NCBI RefSeq assembly: GCF_001194135.2
Contig: NC_068986.1
Coordinates: 60,641,760-60,705,759 of the forward strand
Direction of reading: 5' to 3'
Source: Octopus bimaculoides
Lineage: Eukaryota
Length of the DNA: 64,000 nucleotides
Shown in pieces: positions 1 to 12,031 of this stretch. Made by a program: the position numbers and the translations under genes. Position 1 is the first letter of the stretch. Each line of letters opens with the position of its first letter. Under the pieces are notes generated by a model. The model did not search any database. It had not been told where the DNA came from and saw only the letters and a list, made by a program, of their open reading frames with translations.

Positions 1-1260
1 TTAAATGAGAATGTGTTCTCTTCAAGTATTAATTGGGTGGCTTTGGTGATAAAGTCTGTTTTGAAACGTTTATCTATGAGTTCCCTATATTTCTCTACCC
101 AGTATTTTATCGCTTCCAGACCAAGGGTATGTGGTATGTTTGTGTATAAGTTTGTGACATCGAAGCTTGCAAGTATGGTGTTTTCTGGAACCGTATTTGG
201 AATGTGTGTGAGGAAGTCTATGTCATCCCTTACGTAGCTTGGTATCAGTGGGCATAAAGGTTTGAGGAGTATATNNNNNNNNNNNNNNNNNNNNNNNNNN
301 NNNNNNNNNNNNNNNNNNNNNNNNNNNNNNNNNNNNNNNNNNNNNNNNNNNNNNNNNNNNNNNNNNNNNNNNNNNNNNNNNNNNNNNNNNNNNNNNNNNN
401 NNNNNNNNNNNNNNNNNNNNNNNNNNNNNNNNNNNNNNNNNNNNNNNNNNNNNNNNNNNNNNNNNNNNNNNNNNNNNNNNNNNNNNNNNNNNNNNNNNNN
501 NNNNNNNNNNNNNNNNNNNNNNNNNNNNNNNNNNNNNNNNNNNNNNNNNNNNNNNNNNNNNNNNNNNNNNNNNNNNNNNNNNNNNNNNNNNNNNNNNNNN
601 NNNNNNNNNNNNNNNNNNNNNNNNNNNNNNNNNNNNNNNNNNNNNNNNNNNNNNNNNNNNNNNNNNATTGTCTCTATGTATGCGTCTAGGTGTTTGTCAT
701 CCCTTGTCAGGGGGTGAAATGGGATTTTTTTTTTATGATTGAGTTATCTTCTGTCTCCTTATTTTCAAAGAATTCCATAAGGCGGAGGCGGCGGCTAAAG
801 TTGTCTATATCAGTTTTTAGTTCTGTGAGATTTGTTGTGGGTGTGGGTGTAAATTTGAGGCCTTTTAATAGTAGGTTAATTTCATTTTTGCTAAGTTCTC
901 TTTTAGATAGGTTTATTATTTTGGGGTCTATGTGTTTCATGTGTACATTTGTAATCTTTGGTGTGTTGGGTCTGGAGTATTGTTGAAGTATCCTTTCTCT
1001 AAAAAAGGGGCTGTGTTATTGCATCTCCAAATTCCATTTTCAGGTTTTAGGTTTTCTTGTAGAGGCAGGGGTGGTCTATATGGTCCGTATGCGTTGTTTT
1101 GTCTGTGGTAGTTGTTGTCTTCCCATCTTCTGTGTTTGTTGGGCCTATTTCCATTCCTGGGGTTCAGGTTTCCTTGTGGGTAGTTGAATGGTTCATATTG
1201 TGTGTTTGTATTGTTTTGATGGTGGTGGTTGTTTTTTCCCCAACCCCTAACTCTCTCACG
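1..1260 (-). mobile_element. Penelope-like retroelement (probably Neptune-type), N-terminal region and start of RT; runs off the window edge
   Basis: 707-940 encodes NLSKRELSKNEINLLLKGLKFTPTP...IDNFSRRLRLMEFF, a typical PLE N-terminal domain. The minus frame over 1-270 reads LIPSYVRDDIDFLTHIP...TILASFDVTNLYTNIPHTLGLEAIKYW (PLE RT motif). The clade label is from memory of motifs. Confidence 0.85.
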
Positions 1261-1462
1261 TTATATATATATATATATTTGGCAGGAATGGCAACAAAAG
1301 NNNNNNNNNNTTGATGGTGGTGGTTGTTTTTTCCCCAACCCCTAACTCTCTCACGTTATATATATATATATATTTGGCAGGAATGGCAACAAAAGAAAGA
1401 AAGAGACCTCGATATTATGCAAATAGAGGAATGTATCTGTAAAGATATGTGACACTTATTCA

Positions 1463-1539
1463 GTAGCCATGATAAAACTCCGAGTTTCTGATGCCAGGGC
1501 GGGGGTCCACTCCAAACATCTCTTCAGTTATCCGGCTAC
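1463..1539 (-). ncRNA. Minimal type I hammerhead ribozyme (PLE-associated)
   Basis: Minus strand: GTAGCC-G-GATAA CTGAAGA GATG..CATC A GAAA CTC G GAG T T TTATC AT GGCTAC. There is one extra base before GAAA. Confidence 0.7.
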
Positions 1540-2759
1540 TGGAGATTCTTTTGAAAAATAACCGTTAGACCCAAAAGGGAAATAAAAACAAAGGGAAAAT
1601 AAAACAAACATAAACAAAGGGAAAATATTGTGTGGTGTCAAAACCCGTCTAAATTTGCGTATATCATACATGCACGCACATATCTCAATAATTAAAAATA
1701 TAATTAAAAATATATTATAATATCGAAATATAAAAATAAAAAAATAAAAATATAAGATTCAGGTAAAAAATGAAAAAAGTGAAAAAGGTGAAAAAACTTA
1801 ATATGGAAGCCTATCAGTGACGCCCATCAGCACAAATATTAAAAAATATATGTATATAAAGTATAAGAAATAATTATAAGGACACAAAAAAAATATATAT
1901 GTAATAGAAAGCAAGTCCAATCTGTAGCCTCAGAGTGATCAAAAACGTAGCAAATATTCGGTCACATGTGGACATGATCCGAAAAGTTCAGTCTTTGAAT
2001 TTAGACATGTGGTAGGGTCCAAGCTGCCTTTCCAGATAAGCCATCTTTCCATATCACACAGATCGCACCCTCCACTGCCACTGGTGTAGGGTTTACACTT
2101 GGCTAAGATCTTCCAATGGATGTTGTAACCGGCACCTTTATCTCTTAAAGACCATATATGACTGGATAATTTTGTTGTTTTTCTTTTATCCCAGTGCCTA
2201 AAACTCAAAGTGTGATTATTGTATCTGTCCTTTAAATTACCCTCTGTGAGGCCCACGTATTTCTTCATGGAAACTGCGTTCTTATATTTTTTTATATGTA
2301 TTTTTTAATATTTGTGCTGATGGGCGGCACTGATAGGCTTCCATATTAAGTTTTTTCACCTTTTACCTGAATCTTATATTTTTATTTTTTAATTTTATAT
2401 TTCGATATTATAATATATTTTTAATTATTTTTAGGTTTTTACATAGGTATAGGATTAATGGTTTTTGTATTTTTCCACATATAGTTTTTCTGTTTTTCTC
2501 CCCTCCAAACTTTTTTCCGTGCGCTTATAGATACGTACAAGGAAGCTTATATGTGCGCTTGTGAGTGTGCGCATGTAGATATAAACGTACGCACATTGAG
2601 ATATGTGCGTGCATGTATGATATACACAAATTTAGACAGGTTTTGAGACCACACAGTAATTTCCCTTTGTTTATGTTTGTTCATTTTTTCCCCCTGCTTA
2701 TTTCCTTTTGTTTTTATTTCCCTTTTGGGTCTAACGGTTATTTTTCAAAAGAATCTCTG

Positions 2760-2836
2760 GTAGCCGGATAACTGAAGAGATGTTTGGAGTGGACTCCCGC
2801 CCTGGCATCGGAAACTCAGAGTTTTATCATGGCTAC
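2760..2836 (+). ncRNA. Minimal type I hammerhead ribozyme (inverted copy)
   Basis: Stem I GATAA 2767-71/TTATC 2824-28 plus GTAGCC/GGCTAC; core CTGAAGA 2772-78; stem II GATG/CATC; extra G2810; GAAA 2811-14; stem III ACTC/GAGT with 1-nt loop; predicted GUU site at 2821-23. Confidence 0.7.
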
Positions 2837-2862
2837 TGAATAAGTGTCACATATCTTTACAG

Positions 2863-2893
<31 letters not shown>

Positions 2894-3148
2894 ATGTATG
2901 TATTTGGGCTATCCTTTGAGTAAACAATGCACAGAGTACTCCGGATACGATATGATATATATCCACCTTTGCTCCTACAATTATCTCCGGAAAATACCCA
3001 CAAGGATTCTTTACATGGAGGTTTACTGCTGGAATGAAGCTACACTCCAAGTACTGTTTCTTCTTTGTTCTTTTTTCTACGCATCACTCCCACTTCTTAC
3101 TACAAATCTCCTCTTATAGATGTAATAATCCACTCTTCTACTATTACC

Positions 3149-3197
3149 GTCTCCAATGAAGGGATACATTGGATTTTCCCTGAAACAGCTGTACGAC
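3149..3197 (+). ncRNA. Variant or degenerate hammerhead-like motif
   Basis: GTCT CCAATGA AGGGA..TCCCT GAAA CAGCTGT A CGAC. Stem II is perfect and stem III is the palindrome ACAGCTGT with a GUA site, but the core reads CCAATGA rather than CTGATGA. Confidence 0.45.
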
Positions 3198-3817
3198 TTT
3201 ATCCATAAAAATATAATTCTAACTTTGCCATTGGTCTCTTTATCCTTTTCTTTCTTTATACATACACACGCTAATACACGACCTATGTTATATTCCGCAC
3301 TAATGTTGATATAACGACAGGGACAAAACTAGTCGGTATACAGCACTTACTCGGTATTACCTGTATTTTTAGGGTTTTGGTGACTCCAATACCTTTCATA
3401 ACCTTTATATATATACGTATATATATANNNNNNNNNNNNNNNNNNNNNNNNNNNNNNNNNNNNNNNNNNNNNNNNNNNNNNNNNNNNNNNNNNNNNNNNN
3501 NNNNNNNNNNNNNNNNNNNNNNNNNNNNNNNNNNNNNNNNNNNNNNNNNNNNNNNNNNNNNNNNNNNNNNNNNNNNNNNNNNNNNNNNNNNNNNNNNNNN
3601 NNNNNNNNNNNNNNNNNNNNNNNNNNNNNNNNNNNNNNNNNNNNNNNNNNNNNNNNNNNNNNNNNNNNNNNNNNNNNNNNNNNNNNNNNNNNNNNNNNNN
3701 NNNNNNNNNNNNNNNNNNNNNNNNNNNNNNNNNNNNNNNNNNNNNNNNNNNNNNNNNNNNNNNNNNNNNNNNNNNNNNNNNNNNNNNNNNNNNNNNNNNN
3801 NNNNNNNNNNNNNNNNN

Positions 3818-3941
3818 CTGCCAAATTAGACTGGAGCCTGGTGTTGCCATCCGGTTTCACCAGTCCTCAGTCAAATCGTCCAACCCATGCTAGCATGGAA
3901 AGCAGACGTTAAACGATGATGATGATGATGATGATGATGAT
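3818..3941 (+). mobile_element. RTE-clade LINE or RTE-tailed SINE 3' tail
   Basis: ccaacccatgctagcatggaaagcagacgttaaac(gat)n, the same terminus as the RTE copies at 18470 and 40420. Confidence 0.8.
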
Positions 3942-3949
3942 ATATATAT

Positions 3950-4705
3950 ATCATCATCATCATCGTTTAACGTCCACTTTCCATGCTAGCATGGGTTGGA
4001 AAATTTGACTGAGGACTGGCAAGCCAGAAGGCTGCACCAGGCTCCAATCTGATCTGGCAGAGTTTCTACAGCTGGATGGCCTTCCTAACGCCAACCACTC
4101 CGAGAGTGTAGTGGGTGCTTTTACATGCCAGTCACACGGTACTGGCAATGGCCACGCTTAAAATGGTGTTTTTTATGTGTCACCTGCATGAGAGCCAGTC
4201 CAGCAGCACTGGCAACGACCTCGTTCAAATGATTTTCTAATGTGCCACCAGCACAAGTGCTAGAAGGCGACACTGGTAACGATTATGCTCAAATGCTGCT
4301 ATTTACGGGCCACTAGCACAGAAGCCAGACAGCTGGTCAGGCAATGAAGATGCTCGGACAGTGCTGTTAGTGCTCCACTGGTGCAGGTGCCAGTCCACGA
4401 GTATGGTTCAATTACGATTTCGATTTCACTTGCCTCAACAGGTCTTCGCAAGCAGAGTTTTTAGTGTCCAATGAAGTAAAGATACGAATAAGTGAGCTGG
4501 CTACACTTCTGGCAGAGGTCACAGATTATGCTCTCACTTGCCTTGCCAGGTCTTCTCACGTACTACATATTTCCAAAGGTCCCGGTCACTGGTCATTGCC
4601 TCGGTGAGGCCTAAAGTTCGAAGGTCGTGCTTCACCACCTCATCCCAGGTCTTCCTGGGTCTACCTCTCCCACAGGTTCCCTCAACTGCTAGGGTGGCAC
4701 TTTTT
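3950..4705 (-). mobile_element. RTE-clade LINE 3' end (RT C-terminus and 3' UTR)
   Basis: Minus strand encodes KKCHPSS/..RGRPRKTWDEVVKHDLRTLGL, followed by the family 3' UTR and (GAT)n tail. Confidence 0.85.
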
Positions 4706-4831
4706 NNNNNNNNNNNNNNNNNNNNNNNNNNNNNNNNNNNNNNNNNNNNNNNNNNNNNNNNNNNNNNNNNNNNNNNNNNNNNNNNNNNNNNNNNNNNNNN
4801 NNNNNNNNNNNNNNNNNNNNNNNNNNNNNNN

Positions 4832-4869
<38 letters not shown>

Positions 4870-4919
4870 CACACACACACATATATATATATATATATGT
4901 ATTTATAGATCTCTACCAA

Positions 4920-7900
4920 AAATTTGGTAAAAATATTGTACCTGTTATCAACATAGTAAAATTCTCATAGGTAGTTAATCATACAATTTTGTGTGTATAT
5001 CAATTTAAATAAGAGCTATAATGCGATCCATCGTAAAAACTTTTTTAATGACCTATGTACATTTCGATGCAATATCCCAACTCACTCCTGTATGTTATAA
5101 AATAGGGAATATTGTATCTCTTCAGGGTCAGATTTGATTAATTCATAGCAGACAGTAAATAACAGACAGCATTAATAGTTGTCCTTAAATTACATGTGTA
5201 TAAACAGGTTGAAATGACATGAAACATATTGACACTGCATACAATATCGGTTAAGAAAACCATTACATAGTAAAGTAAGTAAGTAAGTAGTGTTGTTAAA
5301 TTAGGATATTAACCTAGGATTTTAAGTAGCAAACGAGTAAGGGACACTGTAAATTTCAATAAAAACCGTTGGACTTTTGAAAGTAAATAAAACGAAGAAA
5401 GAAAATAAACTGCTATATTATAATTAAAAAATATTTATAAATTAATGGTCAAAGAGAGGTAAATCTAGTAAATAATATTTATGAAATATATAATCTACTC
5501 AATGTACATAATCATATCAAATAATTATATTTCATTTTAAGTTTAGAACAGTAATGAGACTAATTTTAAGGTTATGTAAACAAGATAAATTAGAGAATAT
5601 AAGTTATAAATAATAAGTAAAATAAATTAGGTTACATTCAGATTGCAGCTATCAAAGTTTAAGAAAAATTATAATAAATTAACTTAGTAATGGGGGTTCA
5701 AATACAATATTAAAAATAATATCAAAAGAAGGAATGGATTTAATCGATAAAGTAAACAAATATTACGATGTAATCGTTACTATCTCACATATAAATATAA
5801 ATGAAAAATTAAGTAACTATTATGATGTAAAGTAGGTAGATGAATACAACACCATTATATCAAATAATTTATTAGATACTTGAGAAAAAAGCCAACTCAC
5901 TTAAAAAATTTATCTGTAATAAACTATAATAAAAATAAAGTTAACATAAAAAAATTTTTTTTTCCATGGTCAATGAGAGGTAAATCTAGCAAAATAATAT
6001 ATATTTTTAGAATCTAAATAAATCAGTCATTGTTATTAATCTTATCAAATCGTAATATATTGACTTTTAAATTAAAATATTTTTGAGACAAATAAAGGAT
6101 ATGTAATCAAGATAAATAAGAAACTACAAATTATAAATTACAAAGTAAAAATAAATTAGGTTACACTCAATTAGCAACCATTGAAACCTTAAATATACAT
6201 TAACTTAGTAGTAAGATTAAATAGATGAAGGGATTAAAACGATAAAGCAAGCAGTCAACCATAATTTCGATGTCTTCTATACAAAAATTACATAGAATTA
6301 TAAGAGAAACTTCAATAAAGTAGGAACCAAACTTACCATTGTACATATATGAAAAGGTTATATGAGATTAAAGCTAAACTAAGTTAATATAATATCCAGG
6401 TATGTAGTTAGAGCTAAACCAAGTTAAAATAATATCCTAGTATGTAGTTAACTAACCTCTCCAAAGTAAATTTTTAAAAATAAAAACGTATGTTTATTCA
6501 TATGTTGACATTTGAAAGCTCTATATGTGATTTTGCTAACTAGGTCACCCTTAGAAAAAAGTATGAAATACAATTCTAAATTACAGAGGGAACAAAAATC
6601 TTTGCCCTTGTAAGGAAACAATTTCCCTATAATTGACCATTCTAAAGAATACTCCTTGTTTTGGTCTTTAAGTTGCCAAATTAATCTACTAAGCTCCGTG
6701 CTATTTTGTTTCTTTCTATCTCTAAATGTTGAATAATGATTCGATATTCTTTTCGAAATTTCAAGTGAAGACAAACCAATATAAATCCTAATTCCATTTT
6801 TGGTTAAAATATTACACTTGTATACAGTATTTTTAGTTTTAGCATTTCCACTTAGGAATTTAATTCTATTAGGATTTAGTTCAGATATTACTATTTTGTT
6901 GTTATTATTAATATTGGTATTATTATTTTTGTTGACTTTTAGATTATCTATAACTGTGTCACCTGGAGAATTACCTATATTTATATTACTAGACTCTTCA
7001 ATAAAATTAGAGCTTAATAGTTTCAAGTTATGAGCGGTGATAATTTGTGTTAAATTCTTGGTATTAGAAAAGCCAAATCTTACCTTATGTGCGTTTATGA
7101 TTTTGTAATAATGCGAGATTTTGGGAAAATTTCTACAAACTACATTCCTGAACAGGGTAACCAAGTTTGATTTAATTTGTTTACCAAATGGAATAACGAA
7201 CCACAAATTATCCTCATTTTTGGTATTATAATGAATACTACTATTTCTAAAGAATTTTACTCTACCTCTGTTAGGATTGGATTCATGTCTAGGGTATTGT
7301 GGTTTACCTTTATTTCTTACAATGTTAATATTATTATTATTACTGTTATTATTAATATTGCTACAATTTTCACCTGCCTTAGGGGAATCAGAATCTGGTT
7401 TAATATAGTATATCTTTTCTTTATAACCCACTCTAGATAAGGCAGAGTTATAGAATTTTGCCTCATTTTCGAAAACATAGGCATTTGCCGATACGTTAGA
7501 TAATCTTAGTGATATATGCTTAACCAAATTATCGGTTATTGATTTGGAGTGATTACTAATTTTACTGATGTATTTCAGGTTAGTAGAAGGCTTATGGGAT
7601 CATCTATATGTTTTATTATGCAGGTCTAATGTTATGTCTAAAAAATTAGCTAAAGATGTATCAGCTTCAAAAATTATATGCATTCCCATTCGGCGAAAAA
7701 ATCTGGCTAATCTATTCTTAACCCTTTGTACTTGTTGATTAGAGCTATTCCTAAGATATAAGAGACAATCATCTCTATATAGACCCCCACCCCTAATGTT
7801 TGGGAATTGATCTACCATTTCATTAAGGATGAAGGAACATACAATGTCAGCTATCTGTGCCGAATCAGAACTCCCCATAGGGACATCAAATGCATCCGGG

Positions 7901-8250
7901 GTATCTTTACGAATCCAAATTTTATTATTGAACCTAATAAATGATTTTCTAGCCGTTAATATCACATTGATCTCATCCCTTGTAAGTCCCGCCTTATTAT
8001 GTGCAAACCACAATACTTTGTTAAGCATGATAGGATTAATAGATGAGTAAAAATTTGCAATATCAAATTGAATAAATTTCACATTTTCCTTATCTTTAAT
8101 CAATTTGAACCATTCTACAACTTGTGTAGAGTTAGACCATAAATAAAGTTTTAATTTCTTTACTATTGTAGTGTTCTGATGGTTCGATATATGGAATTCT
8201 ATTATGCATGTATTTTTGCCCAATTTTAACTTTTATGCACTCAGCAATTT
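4920..8250 (-). mobile_element. Penelope-like element with RT and C-terminal GIY-YIG (Hydra-type), long AT-rich 3' UTR and terminal HHR; 5'-truncated
   Basis: ORF 7600-8223 has FIQFDIANFYSSI, FDVPMGSSDSAQIAD, LYRDDCL and NFLDITLDL. ORF 6448-7527 has TVYKC..IYIGL, STELSRLIW, CSLC..E and CQH. The two ORFs are in the same frame, separated only by TGA at 7600-02. Confidence 0.9.
5049..5130 (-). ncRNA. Minimal type I hammerhead ribozyme with canonical core
   Basis: Minus strand: TGACC CTGAAGA GATACAATATTCC..GGGATATTGCATC GAAA TGTACAT A GGTCA. Stem I is 5 bp, stem II 13 bp with one mismatch, stem III is the palindrome ATGTACAT, and the predicted AUA site ends at 5054. Confidence 0.85.
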
Positions 8251-9122
8251 CTTAAAAAGTTGTCTACATATATACGCTGAGACCTAAAAGACTTTTTTAT
8301 GTGGATGTCTGTATTGTAACAATGCATATGTATTCGTATGTGTGCGTCTATGCTTACGTATAGAGCCTAGGTTTACACTTGTGCACATACAGTAATGATT
8401 TTGTGTGTGTGCATGGGTAAGAGTGCGCGTTTATATTTATTTACACATACATACATCTATTCGCGTGTGTGCATCTATGTTATATATGAGAATGTGCGCT
8501 CGGGTATACGCTCACACATACTTGAATGTGTGCATACACACGTATAGTTATGTTTGTGAGTATTTGTGTACATATCCCTATATATCTGTATACGTGATGC
8601 TAATATACATTTTTATATTCACATATATACGCAATCCAATTTTGTGTACGTTTGTTATATACGCTACACTTCCTTCTTTCTCTCCTTTCTTCCTTTCTGT
8701 CTTTCTTTCTTCCTTTCCTTCCTCACGATAACCACACTTTCTCTCTTTCTACATCAGTAACGTCCTTATCGATAAGTTACTCTTCCTCCTCCACTCCATA
8801 AAGTTAAGATACAATTACTGTTACCAATGTGTAATAGTTTTCATGCACGAGCTTCATTGCGTGTATATGTGTATACGTGCGTATTCGTGCATGCATTTAT
8901 GTCTTGCAAATATATACCTATATATGTATATTGTCTGTACGTATGCATCTGTGTATTTTGATGTNNNNNNNNNNNNNNNNNNNNNNNNNNNNNNNNNNNN
9001 NNNNNNNNNNNNNNNNNNNNNNNNNNNNNNNNNNNNNNNNNNNNNNNNNNNNNNNNNNNNNNNNTTGGCAAATCTTTTCTTATCTGCTTCCCCTCTGGCT
9101 AAATAAACCTTCTGATTAATGA

Positions 9123-9410
9123 AAACTATGAATAACCAATTAAGAGTGTTTAGATAACATATATCAAGCGAGATAAGTCTCTTTTACATATAATACCATA
9201 TCTTTTTACATAGGCAGCAACACGTGTTTTTTGCCTTCAGATAAAAAATACTTATTTATATAACGCTAACAACCCAACTTGTAACATATTAGTTCCTCAA
9301 ATAATTCAAGAGACGCATGTTAATTATACCTTTATATGTAAAAAGATATGGTAGACTTATCTCGCTTGATATATGTTATCTAAACACTCTTAATTGGTTA
9401 TTCATAGTTT
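9123..9410. mobile_element. Foldback or MITE-like element, 288 bp
   Basis: Perfect 57-bp inverted repeat (9123-9179 / 9354-9410) plus an inner 19-bp pair (taccatatctttttacata). No TSD found. Confidence 0.6.
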
Positions 9411-11189
9411 GTGAACCCAAATTAGAACACCAATAACATCTATAAACATATACTAAAACATTACTTCCAGTTCAATTTAACATAAACATTACTTCCTACA
9501 ATGTTCAATATGCTGTGCTCAATTAACCTTATTCACTTTATTTCATACTTCTTTGTACATCCATATCATTCATTTACTGCTTTCACTTTATTCAGCAAAA
9601 ATAAGAGTTATTTATCATGTTCCAAGTTATATTAGTGGCAGTATTCTACGTCTACGAATTCCATTTGTTATCTTAAACTTTCTTAGAAACATCTAAAATT
9701 CCGAAAACAATCCTAGTTCACTTGTTTACGTTCATCGTAAGATGAATCCAAAACATTTAAATATTCTCTCTCTGCTCTATGACGTTTAAATTACTGAACA
9801 ATATAACATTCTATTTCATCTCTTGGAAAACCCTTGCACCAACAGATATAGAACATGATTACCAAAGTAAACTTTGGTAATAATATTAACTTAGTCTTTA
9901 CAAGTAATTTTTACTCCTTCAACCCCTTCTTCTTGCCCCTTTCATTTACATCTAACTTAACAACATAATCCATTTCTGTAGATTAATAGACCACCCATTA
10001 CCTTTATTAATTGTCAATCATTTAATATCTTACTAATTAATATAAGCATCACTTTCCTATACATATAGCACTGCTTTAATATCAATCACCACACAACTAC
10101 CGTGTGTATGTATATACGTACTAAGGGGTGTATACAAATGCGTGTATGTGTCCATGTGTATACATATATATGTGTGTGTATATGTGTATGTATGTTTGTG
10201 TATAGATACATGTGTGTACACATTCATGTATATGTATGAAATTATGTATGTGTGTGTATGTATGTATGTATATATANNNNNNNNNNNNNNNNNNNNNNNN
10301 NNNNNNNNNNNNNNNNNNNNNNNNNNNNNNNNNNNNNNNNNNNNNNNNNNNNNNNNNNNNNNNNNNNNNNNNNNNNNNNNNNNNNNNNNNNNNNNNNNNN
10401 NNNNNNNNNNNNNNNNNNNNNNNNNNNNNNNNNNNNNNNNNNNNNNNNNNNNNNNNNNNNNNNNNNNNNNNNNNNNNNNNNNNNNNNNNNNNNNNNNNNN
10501 NNNNNNNNNNNNNNNNNNNNNNNNNNNNNNNNNNNNNNNNNNNNNNNNNNNNNNNNNNNNNNNNNNNNNNNNNNNNNNNNNNNNNNNNNNNNNNNNNNNN
10601 NNNNNNNNNNNNNNNNNNNNNNNNNNNNNNNNNNNNNNNNNNNNNNNNNNNNNNNNNNNNNNNNNNNNNNNNNNNNNNNNNNNNNNNNNNNNNNNNNNNN
10701 NNNNNNNNNNNNNNNNNNNNNNNNNNNNNNNNNNNNNNNNNNNNNNNNNNNNNNNNNNNNNNNNNNNNNNNNNNNNNNNNNNNNNNNNNNNNNNNNNNNN
10801 NNNNNNNNNNNNNNNNNNNNNNNNNNNNNNNNNNNNNNNNNNNNNNNNNNNNNNNNNNNNNNNNNNNNNNNNNNNNNNNNNNNNNNNNNNNNNNNNNNNN
10901 NNNNNNNNNNNNNNNNNNNNNNNNNNNNNNNNNNNNNNNNNNNNNNNNNNNNNNNNNNNNNNNNNNNNNNNNNNNNNNNNNNNNNNNNNNNNNNNNNNNN
11001 NNNNNNNNNNNNNNNNNNNNNNNNNNNNNNNNNNNNNNNNNNNNNNNNNNNNNNNNNNNNNNNNNNNNNNNNNNNNNNNNNNNNNNNNNNNNNNNNNNNN
11101 NNNNNNNNNNNNNNNNNNNNNNNNNNNNNNNNNNNNNNNNNNNNNNNNNNNNNNNNNNNNNNNNNNNNNNNNNNNTTATTTATTTATGG

Positions 11190-12031
11190 GGCCACCTCCA
11201 ATGACACGCAAATAGTGAGCGGTGTTCCGCAAGGTACTGTTTTGGGACCACTACTGTTCATAATGGCCATCTCAGACATGCCCTCAGCCACACAGAGAGC
11301 CACGATCACAAGTTATGCAGATGATACAAAAGTCTCACAGGTAATACAGAACCCTGAAGACACTATGCACCTGCAATGTGAGCTGGATGAAATATACAAG
11401 TGGGCTGAAAAGAATAGCATGCAATTTAATGCTCAAAAGTTTCAAGCCTTGTGCTATCAGCATGCAAAACTAAATGCAATACCCTTTAAATACACTGGAC
11501 CTGGAGGGATTGCAATCCCAGAGGTACAGTCAGTGTGAGACCTGGGCATTTACATGAGTAATGATGCATCCTTTCATGTGCATGTTACTAATCTGGCAAT
11601 GAAATGCAGGCGACTGACCAGATGGATTCTTAGAACTTTTAGAACAAGAGATCAGGAAACCATGATGGTCCTCTGGAGGACACTTGTCCTAAGCCACTTT
11701 GACTATTATTCTCAGCTATGGTTACCAACCAGTGTCAAATTAATCTCAGAACTTGAGGCAATCCAACAAAGCTACACGAAGAAGGTAGCCTCTATGCAGC
11801 ATATAAGCGATTGGAAAAGACTCAAGAGATTATGACTATTCCTTAGAGCGTAGGCGAGAAAAATATGCCATAATATACATCTGGAAGATCCTCGAAGGAC
11901 TTGTCCCAAACTTTGGCATCAAAAGTAACACAAATACTAGAACTGGGCACCACTGCATAGTGCCAAGGACTCCAAATTTGCCATCAAGATGTAGGACAAG
12001 ATATTGCAATAGCCTGGGCTTCAGAGGTCCA
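11190..12031 (+). mobile_element. CR1/L2-group LINE RT fragment (pseudogenic)
   Basis: SGVPQGTVLGPLLF, YADDTK, WAEKNSMQFNAQKF, then RTFRTRD...LVLSHFDYYSQLW; contains stops and frameshifts. Confidence 0.9.

Larger units (their letters stand above)
1434..2865 (-). mobile_element. 5'-truncated PLE: GIY-YIG endonuclease fragment flanked by inverted pseudo-LTRs
   Basis: ORF 1939-2268 KKYVGLTE...RYNNHTLSF...LSSHIWSL...CDLC..E...LNSKTELFGSCPH. Arms ~1434-1855 and ~2290-2865 are reverse complements; the right end abuts (TA)n. Confidence 0.85.

Noticed and set aside
1214-1397. Exact ~87-bp direct repeat
   Set aside because: It straddles a 10-N gap and is a typical unmerged contig overlap. The same applies to 15968-16099 and 59878-60045.
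7600-7602. Selenocysteine codon as a firm call
   Set aside because: A single UGA at a position that is not Cys in relatives as I recall them, and no SECIS identified by eye; kept only as a low-probability test.
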